Shown here piece by piece: positions 53,631 through 62,514 of a stretch of DNA of 64,000 nt. How positions within the stretch are numbered: the stretch's first letter is position 1; every line of letters starts with the position of its first letter. Location: assembly GCA_033764035.1 (NCBI GenBank), contig JANRJJ010000026.1, positions 46,840 through 110,839 on the forward strand, written 5' to 3'. Both the position numbers and the translations under genes were made by a program. Origin of the DNA: a bacterium. GTDB taxonomy: Bacteria > Chloroflexota > Anaerolineae > Aggregatilineales > Phototrophicaceae. The notes below the pieces were generated by a model. That model had not been told where the DNA came from and did not search any database. It worked only from the letters and a program-made list of their open reading frames with translations.

Positions 53631-54842
53631 CTAAGCAGGTTTTTCCGCTGTGATCAGATACTCAAACAATTCCTTTTTCGAGCTGCGTTTTCGCAATGGC
53701 ACGATGGAGATGTTCTGAAAGCCAGCGCCTTCCATCATCACCGCATACAGATGTTCGACCGGAACCAGCGTATCGTAAAACTTGGAATTTCCGACGACAT
53801 AGAATATTTTGCCGAAGGGTGCAACTGCCGGAAAGAGCGACTCGAAATGGACGGACATATCGACAAAATACTTATGGACGTACTTCGCCAGTACCTGGCT
53901 GTGCGCAGCAATCGACTCGACAACGGCTTGGAGATGGTCGCTTTCAAAGGCACTGCCTGCCGATGTCCAGTGCGCAACACGGCTGGTCGCAATCCCCCAT
54001 GTCCCGCCTATCGCCTGCCAGTCGAGTTCACCCGCCTGCTGCGCATTGGTCAGATATTCAAGCCAGTACATATAAGGCCGCAGTTCGCGTATGTAGCTCA
54101 TGCGGTTTGGATAAGGGGGAGACGTGATCACGCAGTCGTACAACGGGTTGGGCGGCGGTACTGCCCGCGCATCCGCGAGTTGAAACCGCGCCGTTCCAGA
54201 CAACGGCATTTGAGCGGACTCCAGAATATTTTCCACACTGGCATAGAAATCGTGAATCATGTCCTGTACGTGAAGCAGGGTCAAACCGGGATCGCTGTGG
54301 TCTTTGAATGACATGGATTGATGATTGAAGGCGGCATTTGACCATGCAATGACCTTCTGGCAAAACGCGATCAGGAGCAGATTTCGCGCATCATCTGCCC
54401 CTGCCGAAACGCGCTTGATGGCAGCATACAAACAGGACAGCGCCTGAATGGCATCGACCGACCACCACCGTGCAATGTTATGGATGGAGGGAACCCAGAG
54501 ATCGTCAGCAGATAGCAGCGTCAAGGCGGTTTTACGTACCTCATCCGCCAGGGAGTGGGCGTGCGCGATGACCAGCGGATCATAATGGCATGTTTTAACG
54601 CTGCCCAACCAGATCAAAAATGGATTGATGTCGAAAGCATCACACCAGCCGCCGCGTTCAGCCGCCACCAAAGCCGTTGTCCCGGTGCCGGAAAACGGAT
54701 CAAGAATGCGGCACAGGTGCGGATGCTGATCCAAAATGTCATTCACCACTTTGACCGAATAAGCAGGAGTCAGGCGAAGCCAACCATGACGGTTGCGCTT
54801 CAGGTTATGCTTAAAAGTCAAGTCCGTCCGGGTCGTCCGCAT
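53631..54842 (-). CDS. Amino-DNA methyltransferase, probably m4C, alpha motif order
   Basis: Motif I ILDPFSGTGTT near the N-terminus, motif IV VITSPPY at about aa 240, VVGNS. Confidence 0.85.
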   Translation of the reverse strand: MRTTRTDLTFKHNLKRNRHGWLRLTPAYSVKVVNDILDQHPHLCRILDPFSGTGTTALVAAERGGWCDAFDINPFLIWLGSVKTCHYDPLVIAHAHSLADEVRKTALTLLSADDLWVPSIHNIARWWSVDAIQALSCLYAAIKRVSAGADDARNLLLIAFCQKVIAWSNAAFNHQSMSFKDHSDPGLTLLHVQDMIHDFYASVENILESAQMPLSGTARFQLADARAVPPPNPLYDCVITSPPYPNRMSYIRELRPYMYWLEYLTNAQQAGELDWQAIGGTWGIATSRVAHWTSAGSAFESDHLQAVVESIAAHSQVLAKYVHKYFVDMSVHFESLFPAVAPFGKIFYVVGNSKFYDTLVPVEHLYAVMMEGAGFQNISIVPLRKRSSKKELFEYLITAEKPA

Positions 54843-55712
54843 CGATTTCGTCCGTCAGTTCCAACAGGTCAAGTTCCTGTGACCGGGTAGATGCAGGCAT
54901 GGTATCCGCCGGGGTGAGCAGTGCCACAAGCACAGCGCGCACTTCAGCGGCCAGCACAGGTGAACAGCGCTGAAAAAAGGCTGCTAAATCGTAATCGAGT
55001 ACCTGGGTACAAAATGCGAATGTCGAACGTGAGGCAGACGCATCCGGTACGCCTTTCAAAATCAACCAGCCCGCATTGGCATACCTCAATGTGAGATCGG
55101 TATCCATCTGTGCAGACATGAGTACCAGGACGGGCAAATAGCCCTGCATCAATGCCGTACCCGCATTGGCAATATCGGCATTTTGGCGCTTCGAGTCCTT
55201 GCTTTTGTACCCTTGTCGCACTTCAAAAACTGCGCCCTGGAGGGCGTGGGCGACCGCCGTATTCATACCCACAGCCTCCGTGACCGATCTCAGCCAGTCT
55301 TCAAGGCGTTCACGTTTGACTTCATCCTGTACATCATTGAGATCGATCCGAGCATCCAATGACAGGCTACGTCCTTTACCGGATGCCGTTGGCAGCAGAT
55401 ACGCCCAACTTGCCTGGGCTTGCGTAAGCGCCAGTTGATCGCAGATGATCTGCCGGAACAACTCCTCACTTCCGGTGCCGATCTGCCTGTAAAGCGATGT
55501 CAGCCCCCTGCCGCTTTATGCGCCGCATACAGCAGCGGGTCATCCATCCCGAACCAGGCATAAAATGGGTCAGCACCATACAATGCGGTGAATTCCTCCA
55601 GCGATGTGCTTTTGCCCTGGCCAAGTTTTGGTCGGTACGCCTTGCACACGCTGATTCTGCGCATCAACAGCGCCAGATATTCCGGATCGCGCAGTGCATC
55701 AGGCTTGAGCAT
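54811..55712 (-). pseudogene. Type II restriction endonuclease-like gene split by a 1-bp frameshift
   Basis: 70-aa ORF (55500-55712, AGGAG RBS) ends HKAAGG*; the adjacent frame continues LTSLYRQIGTGSEELFRQ..LSLDARID..FEVRQGYKSKDSKRQNAD. One extra G in the G5 run gives a 300-aa ORF overlapping the MTase. Confidence 0.72.
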
Positions 55713-56724
55713 CGACCGACTCCTGTAGGGGTCGCTTTTCGGCCTTCCCCCCCAGCATTTCGCTGAGCGAAATGCCGAGCGCCAGCAGGCTGATCATGCC
55801 GAATACGATGTAGCCGACCGCCGCCACCCCATGAAAGAGAAACCCCAGCGTGAGCGAGAGATCGGGCGGCACGCCCATCATATCGCCTGCCAGCCGCACC
55901 GCCCCTTCCCAGGGGCCAATCGACGCGACGCTGACCGGAATGGCGATGCTGAACGAGACCAGCGCCACCACGATCAGCGAGAGCGTGACCGCTTCCAGCC
56001 CATGCCCATAGATGCCGAGCGCGATCACCAGCGGGTACACCACCCCCGCCGAACCGATCCAACTAAAGATCGACCACACGATCACCCAGAACAGGCGGCG
56101 CACATCGGTCAGAATTTCCAGCCCCGACAGCACTTCTTCCAACCGCTTGATCAGCCCCAGGCGGCGCACGAACGGCAGCCGCGCTTCAATGCCGCGCAGC
56201 AGCGCCCCCGCGAACGCCGGGAACCGTGCCAGCACGATCAGCACAATCAGCCCGGTCACGGCGACCGCGCCGAACAACAGGCTGCTTTGGCCGACCACGG
56301 GCGGCACATTTTCGACCTGGGACACGCCCACCGCCAGGATCACGATGATCATCACCAGGTCGATCAGCCGTTCGACCACGACGCTGGTGGCCGCTGTGAC
56401 GAGCGGCACGCCGTAGCGCGTCGAAATGGCCAGCGTGCGCCCCACCTCCCCGGCGCGCAGCGGGAGCAGGTTGAGGAAGTTGGTCATGTTGTAGCTGTGA
56501 TGCACCCCCCACCAGCGCACCCGCCCGCCCAACAAGACCTGCCAGCGGAAGGTACGCGCCGCCGCCGCCACCCACACGAACCCGAACCCGACGATCACCC
56601 AGCCCACATCGGCCTGCCGGATGCCATCGATCACTTCTTCAAACGGGACTCCGCGCAGCGCCAGCCACAAAAACAGGCCGCTGACGATCACGCTGGCGAT
56701 GATGAACAGGCTGCGACGCGACAT
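55699..56724 (-). CDS. Lysylphosphatidylglycerol synthase TM / UPF0104 flippase-like protein
   Basis: RTFRWQVLL, NLLPLRAGEVGR, VERLID, ASIGPWEG. Confidence 0.85.
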   Translation of the reverse strand: MSRRSLFIIASVIVSGLFLWLALRGVPFEEVIDGIRQADVGWVIVGFGFVWVAAAARTFRWQVLLGGRVRWWGVHHSYNMTNFLNLLPLRAGEVGRTLAISTRYGVPLVTAATSVVVERLIDLVMIIVILAVGVSQVENVPPVVGQSSLLFGAVAVTGLIVLIVLARFPAFAGALLRGIEARLPFVRRLGLIKRLEEVLSGLEILTDVRRLFWVIVWSIFSWIGSAGVVYPLVIALGIYGHGLEAVTLSLIVVALVSFSIAIPVSVASIGPWEGAVRLAGDMMGVPPDLSLTLGFLFHGVAAVGYIVFGMISLLALGISLSEMLGGKAEKRPLQESVDAQA

Positions 56725-56731
56725 GAAGGCT

Positions 56732-58126
56732 TTACCTTTCAGCGTTGGGCTGGTGCTGCCAGGCGGCATACCCGCCCGCCAGGTTGACGGCGTGGGTGAA
56801 CCCGTGTTTGAGCAAAAGACTCATGGCGATCTGCGACCGTACCCCGCTTTGGCAGTGGACGATCAGCGGGCGATCCTGGGGCAGCGCGGCCAGATGATCG
56901 GCCAGCAGGCCATACGGCAGATTGAGCGCGCCGGGGATATGCCCTTCGGCGTATTCGCCCGCCGCCCGCACATCGATCACGAGCGCGTGCTGTTCGTCGA
57001 TCAGGCGTTGCGCGCCTTCCGGGCTGACGGACGGGAAAAACTGCTTGCTGGCCTCCACCTGTCCCGGTGGGAACACCCCCGTCACCCGGTCGATGCCGAC
57101 GGCGCGCAGTTCCTGGATCAACCGTTCGATGTTGGGCGCATCGGCGATCAGATACGTGGGCTGGTCGTAATCGACCATCCACCCGGCATACGTACTGAAC
57201 GTGCCGCCTGGCAAAATGCGGATCGTCCCGGCGATCACGCTCGAATCGCGGGCATCATAACGCGCATCGATCACGTTCGCGCCGCTCTTGATCATATCCG
57301 CCAGGGCGAACCCTTCGAGCGTTTCCGGCGTGGGCAGGTCGGCCAGCAGCGGCGGCCCTTCCCGGTTGATGCGCTTCATGTGCTGGAAATAGCGCGGCGT
57401 TTCCGGCTGATCGCTGAGCAGCCAGCGGGCAAATGCTTCGGCATCGTGGAACATGAAGCCGGGGTTGAACTGCTTTTCATAGCCGACGGTCGTCGTGGGA
57501 ACTGCGCCTAAATCCTTGCCGCACGCACTGCCCGCGCCGTGACCGGGGTAAATCTGCAAATAGTCGGGCATCTGGCGGAAGCGCTGCACATTTTCCCACT
57601 GGCCGCGCGCGCCCGCCGCTGCCGACCCATGCAGCCCCGCCGCCGTTTCGAGCAGATCGGGGCGACCCAGGTCACCGACGAACACGCAGTCCCCCGTGAA
57701 AATCCCCATCGGCTTATCGGCGTGCGCGCCATCCGTCACGGTGAAACACAGATGTTCGGGCGTATGCCCCGGCGTGTGCAGCACGCCGATGCGTACCTGG
57801 CCGATGCTGAACGTGTCGCCATCGTGCAGCGCCCGATCCCCACGCGCCGGGTCGAGAAACCGATACTGCCAGTCCGTGCCACCTGCCCCGCTGAGGTAGA
57901 GCGCCCCGCCCGTCGCAGCGGCCAGTTCGCGCGCCCCGCTCACAAAATCGGCGTGGATGTGCGTTTCGGTCACGATGCGAATCGTCAGCCCTTCTTCCTG
58001 TGCCGCCGTCAGGTACGGCTCGATGTGGCGCATCGGGTCGATGACGACGGCTTCTTTCGTCTTCTGGCAGGCGACCACATAAGAAGCCTGGGCAAGTGCT
58101 TTATCATAAAAGTACTTCAGGAGCAT
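56732..58126 (-). CDS. MBL-fold hydrolase-rhodanese fusion (persulfide dioxygenase/sulfurtransferase, CstB-like)
   Basis: ETHIHADFVSG, HTPGHTPEH, FTGD, PGHGAGSACG; C-terminal rhodanese IDVR..GHIPGA..HCQSGVRS. Confidence 0.88.
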   Translation of the reverse strand: MLLKYFYDKALAQASYVVACQKTKEAVVIDPMRHIEPYLTAAQEEGLTIRIVTETHIHADFVSGARELAAATGGALYLSGAGGTDWQYRFLDPARGDRALHDGDTFSIGQVRIGVLHTPGHTPEHLCFTVTDGAHADKPMGIFTGDCVFVGDLGRPDLLETAAGLHGSAAAGARGQWENVQRFRQMPDYLQIYPGHGAGSACGKDLGAVPTTTVGYEKQFNPGFMFHDAEAFARWLLSDQPETPRYFQHMKRINREGPPLLADLPTPETLEGFALADMIKSGANVIDARYDARDSSVIAGTIRILPGGTFSTYAGWMVDYDQPTYLIADAPNIERLIQELRAVGIDRVTGVFPPGQVEASKQFFPSVSPEGAQRLIDEQHALVIDVRAAGEYAEGHIPGALNLPYGLLADHLAALPQDRPLIVHCQSGVRSQIAMSLLLKHGFTHAVNLAGGYAAWQHQPNAER

Positions 58127-58166
58127 GGGCGCGTCTCTTTCAATGGACGAACTTGCGTCAACCCTC

Positions 58167-58197
58167 TTGACTCTCACATTATGTCAGACACTAGACT
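58167..58197 (+). promoter_or_regulatory. MerR-type promoter/operator
   Basis: TTGACT, 19-bp spacer, TAGACT, with dyad TCTcACATtATGTcAGA (58172-58188) inside the spacer. Confidence 0.8.
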
Positions 58198-58227
58198 ACG
58201 GTCAATGCATTCTGGATGGAAGCGGTC

Positions 58228-59052
58228 ATGATCCGAATCGGTGATTTTTCCAAGCTGACGAACGTCTCCATACGGATGCTGCGGCATTACGACGAGTTGG
58301 GGCTGCTGCGGCCTGCGCATGTCGATGCCGAGAGCGGCTACCGCTACTACGCGGCGGAACAACTGCCGCGCCTGCACCGCATTCGCGCCCTGCAAGACCT
58401 GGGCTTTTCGCTGGAGCAGGTCGGTGAACTGCTGAGGCAGCCGCTCACGCCGGATCAACTGCACGCCATGCTGTTGATGAAGCAGGCCGAACTACAGGAT
58501 CGGCTGCGCGCCGAAGAAGCGCGCCTGATGCGGGTGGCCGCCCGCCTGAAACAGCTTGAGAGCGATGGCCACGCCTACGATGTGGTGCTGCGCGAGATCG
58601 ACCCCCAATGGGCTGCCATGCATCGCGGCCACATCCTCACTTACAGCGGGATCAGTACGCTGTTCGATGTGCTGTTCGCGCATGTGGCGCAGTTCGTCCC
58701 GCCCCAGCACGTTGGGCTGACGGCGGCGATTTGGCACGATGACAGCGCGGTTGACAGCGGCGGCGAAATCGACGCGGAGGCCGCGATCTATCTGAAAAGC
58801 CCGATCCCCGCCAGCGCCGCCGTGCGCGTGGCCGAACTCCCCGCGCTGCCGATGGCGTGCGTCGTGCATCATGGCGCGCTGAAAGACCTGCCCGCCGCAT
58901 ATGATGCGCTGGTGCGCTGGGTGGATGCAGGCGGCTACCGCATCGCCGGGGCGAACCGCGAACTGTACCACCATTATACCCTGCCCGCCCGCCAGGATGA
59001 CCCGGGCTATATCGTCGAAATTCAACTGCCCGTCACGCGGGAAGGTGGGTGA
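58228..59052 (+). CDS. MerR-family regulator with GyrI-like effector domain (BmrR-type)
   Basis: IRIGDFSKLTNVSIRMLRHYDELGLL..SGYRYY; C-terminal ACVVHHG..YDAL..RELY. Confidence 0.92.
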   Translation: MIRIGDFSKLTNVSIRMLRHYDELGLLRPAHVDAESGYRYYAAEQLPRLHRIRALQDLGFSLEQVGELLRQPLTPDQLHAMLLMKQAELQDRLRAEEARLMRVAARLKQLESDGHAYDVVLREIDPQWAAMHRGHILTYSGISTLFDVLFAHVAQFVPPQHVGLTAAIWHDDSAVDSGGEIDAEAAIYLKSPIPASAAVRVAELPALPMACVVHHGALKDLPAAYDALVRWVDAGGYRIAGANRELYHHYTLPARQDDPGYIVEIQLPVTREGG

Positions 59053-59104
59053 ACGTCCATGAATACGTCTATTCCAATTCGGTGATCATCAAGGAGTGAA
59101 GCAC

Positions 59105-59455
59105 ATGCAGCTCAATCTGTACCTGGTCGTGCAAAACATGGATCGCGCCGTCGATTTTTACCAGGGCTTGTTTCAGAAGCCGCCGCTGATGCGCAGTGAA
59201 AGCTACACCACGTTCGACCTGAACGGCGCGCTGTGGGGGCTGTTCAACGCGCAGCACTACCCGGTTCCGGTGCAGCAGGGCGGGCAGGTCGTGCCGAACC
59301 TGCTGGTGAGCGACATCGACGCGGAACATACCCGCGTGGCCGCGCTCAACCCGGCGTTCATCACCGATATTCGCGCTAACGGCCCGTACCGCCTGTTCGT
59401 GATCAGCGACCCGGAAGGCACGCCGATTGAACTGTATGCCCATGCGGGCGCATGA
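59105..59455 (+). CDS. VOC family protein
   Basis: YLVVQNMDRAVDFYQGLF, LLVSDIDAEH, FVISDPEGTPIEL; GGAG RBS. Confidence 0.82.
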   Translation: MQLNLYLVVQNMDRAVDFYQGLFQKPPLMRSESYTTFDLNGALWGLFNAQHYPVPVQQGGQVVPNLLVSDIDAEHTRVAALNPAFITDIRANGPYRLFVISDPEGTPIELYAHAGA

Positions 59456-59480
59456 CGAGTGACGAAAGGAACGTGACATC

Positions 59481-59951
59481 ATGGCGAAAGCGAAAACCGC
59501 ACTGGAACAGCTTCACAGCGACAAGCAGCCCCACGTCGTCACGCCGATTCCCCAGGGGTTTCCCGGCTGGAAGGACGGCGATTCGATGGTGGTTTCGACC
59601 CCCGGCGAAATTGACGGGATCGTCCGGCAGATTCCACGCGGGGCGCTGGTCACGCTGAACGAAGTACGGGCGCACCTGGCGCGCAAACATGGCACGGACA
59701 TCGCCTGCCCGGTATCTACGGCCATCTTCCTGAACGTGGTCGCCCGCGCTGCCGCCGAACTGGAGTCCCTGGGCGAGACGGGCGCGCCGTACTGGCGGGT
59801 GCTGCGCCCCGGCGGGCTGCTGAACGAGAAATACCCCGGCGGCACCGATGCACACCGCGCCCTGCTTGAAAGTGAAGGATACACGGTGGTGCAGGTGCGC
59901 AAAACCTGGAAGGTGGACGGGTACGAACGCAGCCTGTTCACGCTCGATTGA
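59481..59951 (+). CDS. MGMT/alkyltransferase-like DNA-binding protein
   Basis: VRQIPRGALVT and APYWRVLRPGG (PCHRV-like, no active Cys). Confidence 0.7.
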   Translation: MAKAKTALEQLHSDKQPHVVTPIPQGFPGWKDGDSMVVSTPGEIDGIVRQIPRGALVTLNEVRAHLARKHGTDIACPVSTAIFLNVVARAAAELESLGETGAPYWRVLRPGGLLNEKYPGGTDAHRALLESEGYTVVQVRKTWKVDGYERSLFTLD

Positions 59952-59963
59952 AGGCCGGGTCGC

Positions 59964-61346
59964 TCAGTCGTTGGGGATGGCAATCGCCAACGCTTCGCCC
60001 ACGTTGCGCGCTTCAATCAGCTTCAGGCCGTCCGGCACATCGAGCGACTTCTTTTTCATCTTGGGAATCATCGCCCGTTTGAAGCCCATCTTGGCGGCTT
60101 CAAACAGGCGCATGGAAAGCTGAGCGACCGGGCGCAGTTCGCCCGCCAGCCCAATTTCGCCCACGAACGCCAGGTCGTTGGGGAGCGGCTTTTCGTAGTA
60201 GCTCGACGCAATCGCCAGCGCCGTTGCCAGGTCGCTGGCGGGTTCGTCGATCTTCATCCCGCCGATCACGTTCACGAAAATGTCATGCTCGAACAGCTTC
60301 AGACCGAACCGCTTGGTCAGCACCGCGCTGATGAGCAGCACGCGGTTCAGGTCGATGCCGTTGGGCGTGCGGCGCGGGTTGCCGAACGTGGTCGGGCTGG
60401 TGAGCGCCTGCACTTCGACCAGCAGCGGGCGTGTGCCTTCCATCGTGATGGCGATGGCCGAACCGGGCGCGTTCAGCACCCGTTCCCCGATGAACACTTC
60501 GCTGGGGTTGGTCACTTCGACCATCCCCAGGCCGCTCATCTCGAATACGCCGATCTCGCTGGTTGCGCCGAAGCGGTTTTTCACGCTGCGCAGCAGGCGG
60601 TAGGCCTGGTACGGGTCGCCTTCCAGGTACAGCACGGTATCGACGATGTGTTCCAGCACACGCGGCCCGGCGATTGCGCCTTCTTTGGTGACATGGCCGA
60701 TCAGAAAGACGCTCGTCCCGCTGGTTTTCGCCAGCATTTGCAGCCGCGACGAACATTCGCGCACCTGCGAAACGCTGCCCGGCGACGATTCGCTGTCTTC
60801 AGTATAGATCGTCTGGATCGAATCGATCACCAGCACTGCCGGGTCAAGCTGGTTGACCTGTTCGAGAATATCGCCCAGGTTGGTTTCGGTCAGCAGGAAC
60901 AGATCCTCCGCCGTCAGCCCTAAACGGTCGGCGCGCATCTTGATCTGCCGCGTGCTTTCTTCCCCGCTCACGTACAGCACCCGCCCGACATGGTTGGCAA
61001 TCGCCGCGCACGTCTGAATCAGCAGGGTCGATTTGCCGATGCCGGGGTCACCGCTGATCAGCGTGATGCTGCCGGGGACGAGTCCGCCGCCCAACACGCG
61101 GTTGAATTCGCCAATCGGCACGTAATGGCGCTTCATTTCTTCCAGGGCAATTTCGCCCAACCGCTGAGGCCGCGAACTGGGCAGCACCACGCGGGTGCGG
61201 TCGCCTGTGCGCGTCCCCGCTTTGCTGACTTCGGTCACTTCTTCGACCATCGTATTGAATTCGCCGCAGGAGGGGCAGCGCCCCATGTAGCGCGGGGACT
61301 GCCGCCCGCAGTTCTGACACACGTAGCGCGACTGTGTTTTCGCCAT
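59964..61346 (-). CDS. radA: DNA repair protein RadA/Sms
   Basis: Zn finger CQNC..CPSC, GDPGIGKST, IDSIQT, KNRFG, Lon-like C-terminus (GEIGLAGE). Confidence 0.95.
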   Translation of the reverse strand: MAKTQSRYVCQNCGRQSPRYMGRCPSCGEFNTMVEEVTEVSKAGTRTGDRTRVVLPSSRPQRLGEIALEEMKRHYVPIGEFNRVLGGGLVPGSITLISGDPGIGKSTLLIQTCAAIANHVGRVLYVSGEESTRQIKMRADRLGLTAEDLFLLTETNLGDILEQVNQLDPAVLVIDSIQTIYTEDSESSPGSVSQVRECSSRLQMLAKTSGTSVFLIGHVTKEGAIAGPRVLEHIVDTVLYLEGDPYQAYRLLRSVKNRFGATSEIGVFEMSGLGMVEVTNPSEVFIGERVLNAPGSAIAITMEGTRPLLVEVQALTSPTTFGNPRRTPNGIDLNRVLLISAVLTKRFGLKLFEHDIFVNVIGGMKIDEPASDLATALAIASSYYEKPLPNDLAFVGEIGLAGELRPVAQLSMRLFEAAKMGFKRAMIPKMKKKSLDVPDGLKLIEARNVGEALAIAIPND

Positions 61347-61536
61347 CGTCCGGTTTCCAGATGTGAACAAGTGGTCTAAAAATCATAGCACAGCCGCCGC
61401 CCGAAAACGAGCAGCGGTATCCACGGAATCGAAGCGCTGATCCTGCTGTTGCCCACAGCTTCCCCGCCTGGTGGCCCTTGCACTGCGCTCGCGCCCCGTC
61501 TACAGTGAGCATTATTCACATCATGGGGTCGAAAAC

Positions 61537-62442
61537 ATGCTCAAGAGCCGCCGTGCGCTGCTGTTCATGCCAGGGGATGACCGCCGCAAGATCGAGAAAG
61601 GCGCGGCATTAGGACGCGCTGAACCCGGCGTGGATGCGGTAATCATGGATTTTGAGGACGGCGCAGCGCTGAACGCCAAAGACAGCGCCCGCGCCGTGAC
61701 CGCCGCCGCGCTGCGCGAACTCGATTTCGGGCGGGCGGAAACGTGGGTGCGCATCAACCCCGTCAGCCGCGATCACTTCCCCGAAGCCGACCTGGAGGCG
61801 GTGCTGGACGCACGCCCCGACGGGATCATGATCCCCAAAGTGGAAGCGGCCTGGCATGTCGCGCAGGTGAGCGAACGCCTGACCCAGGCCGAACAGCGCA
61901 ACGGGTGGGAAGCGGGCAGCCTGGCCGTGATCGCGATTGTGGAAAGCGCCGTCGGGCTGGTCAACATCCGCGATACCGCCGAAAACGCGCCGCGCCTGGT
62001 CGGGCTGGCGTTCGGGGCGGAGGATTATGCCGGGGATGTGGGCGCGGTGCGCACCGCCGAAGGGACGGAAGTGCTGTTCGCCCGTTCCAGCGTGGTGCTG
62101 CACGCCAAAGCCTTCGGCCTGGAGGCGCTCGATACCCCGTACACCAACCTGACCGACGAACCCGGCCTGATCCGCGATACGACGACGGCGCTCATGCTCG
62201 GCTTTACGGGCAAGCTGGCGATCCATCCCGGCCAGGTCACGCCGATTCAGAACGTTTTCACCCCCACACCGCATCAGATCGATCAGGCGCTGCGGCTGAT
62301 CCGCGCACATGATGCGCACCAGGCGCAGGGGACGGGCGTATTCGCGTTTGAAGGCAGCATGGTCGATATGCCGATGGTGCGCGCCGCGCAGACCGTGATC
62401 GCACGGGCGCGGGCGGCGGGAATCGCGGCCTCTCAGGAATAG
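61537..62442 (+). CDS. CitE/HpcH-family acyl-CoA lyase (citrate lyase beta / malyl-CoA lyase-like)
   Basis: RRALLFMPGD, MDFEDG, WVRIN, IPKVE, FGAEDY, GKLAIHP, MVDMP. Confidence 0.9.
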   Translation: MLKSRRALLFMPGDDRRKIEKGAALGRAEPGVDAVIMDFEDGAALNAKDSARAVTAAALRELDFGRAETWVRINPVSRDHFPEADLEAVLDARPDGIMIPKVEAAWHVAQVSERLTQAEQRNGWEAGSLAVIAIVESAVGLVNIRDTAENAPRLVGLAFGAEDYAGDVGAVRTAEGTEVLFARSSVVLHAKAFGLEALDTPYTNLTDEPGLIRDTTTALMLGFTGKLAIHPGQVTPIQNVFTPTPHQIDQALRLIRAHDAHQAQGTGVFAFEGSMVDMPMVRAAQTVIARARAAGIAASQE

Positions 62443-62455
62443 GTGCTTGACGTTT

Positions 62456-62473
62456 TTGTGACTTTATTCACAA
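62456..62473 (+). promoter_or_regulatory. Rex operator (ROP) overlapping the ndh promoter
   Basis: TTGTGACTTTATTCACAA has 1 mismatch to TTGTGAA-N4-TTCACAA and lies just downstream of TTGACG (-35, 62447). Confidence 0.75.
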
Positions 62474-62514
62474 TGAGAGATGCACAACATTCATTTGAGC
62501 GGGGACGACAGACC

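Noticed and set aside
61503-61521. Rex-like GTGA..TTCACA before the CitE-family gene
   Set aside because: Half-site spacing is one base too long and the flanks do not match.
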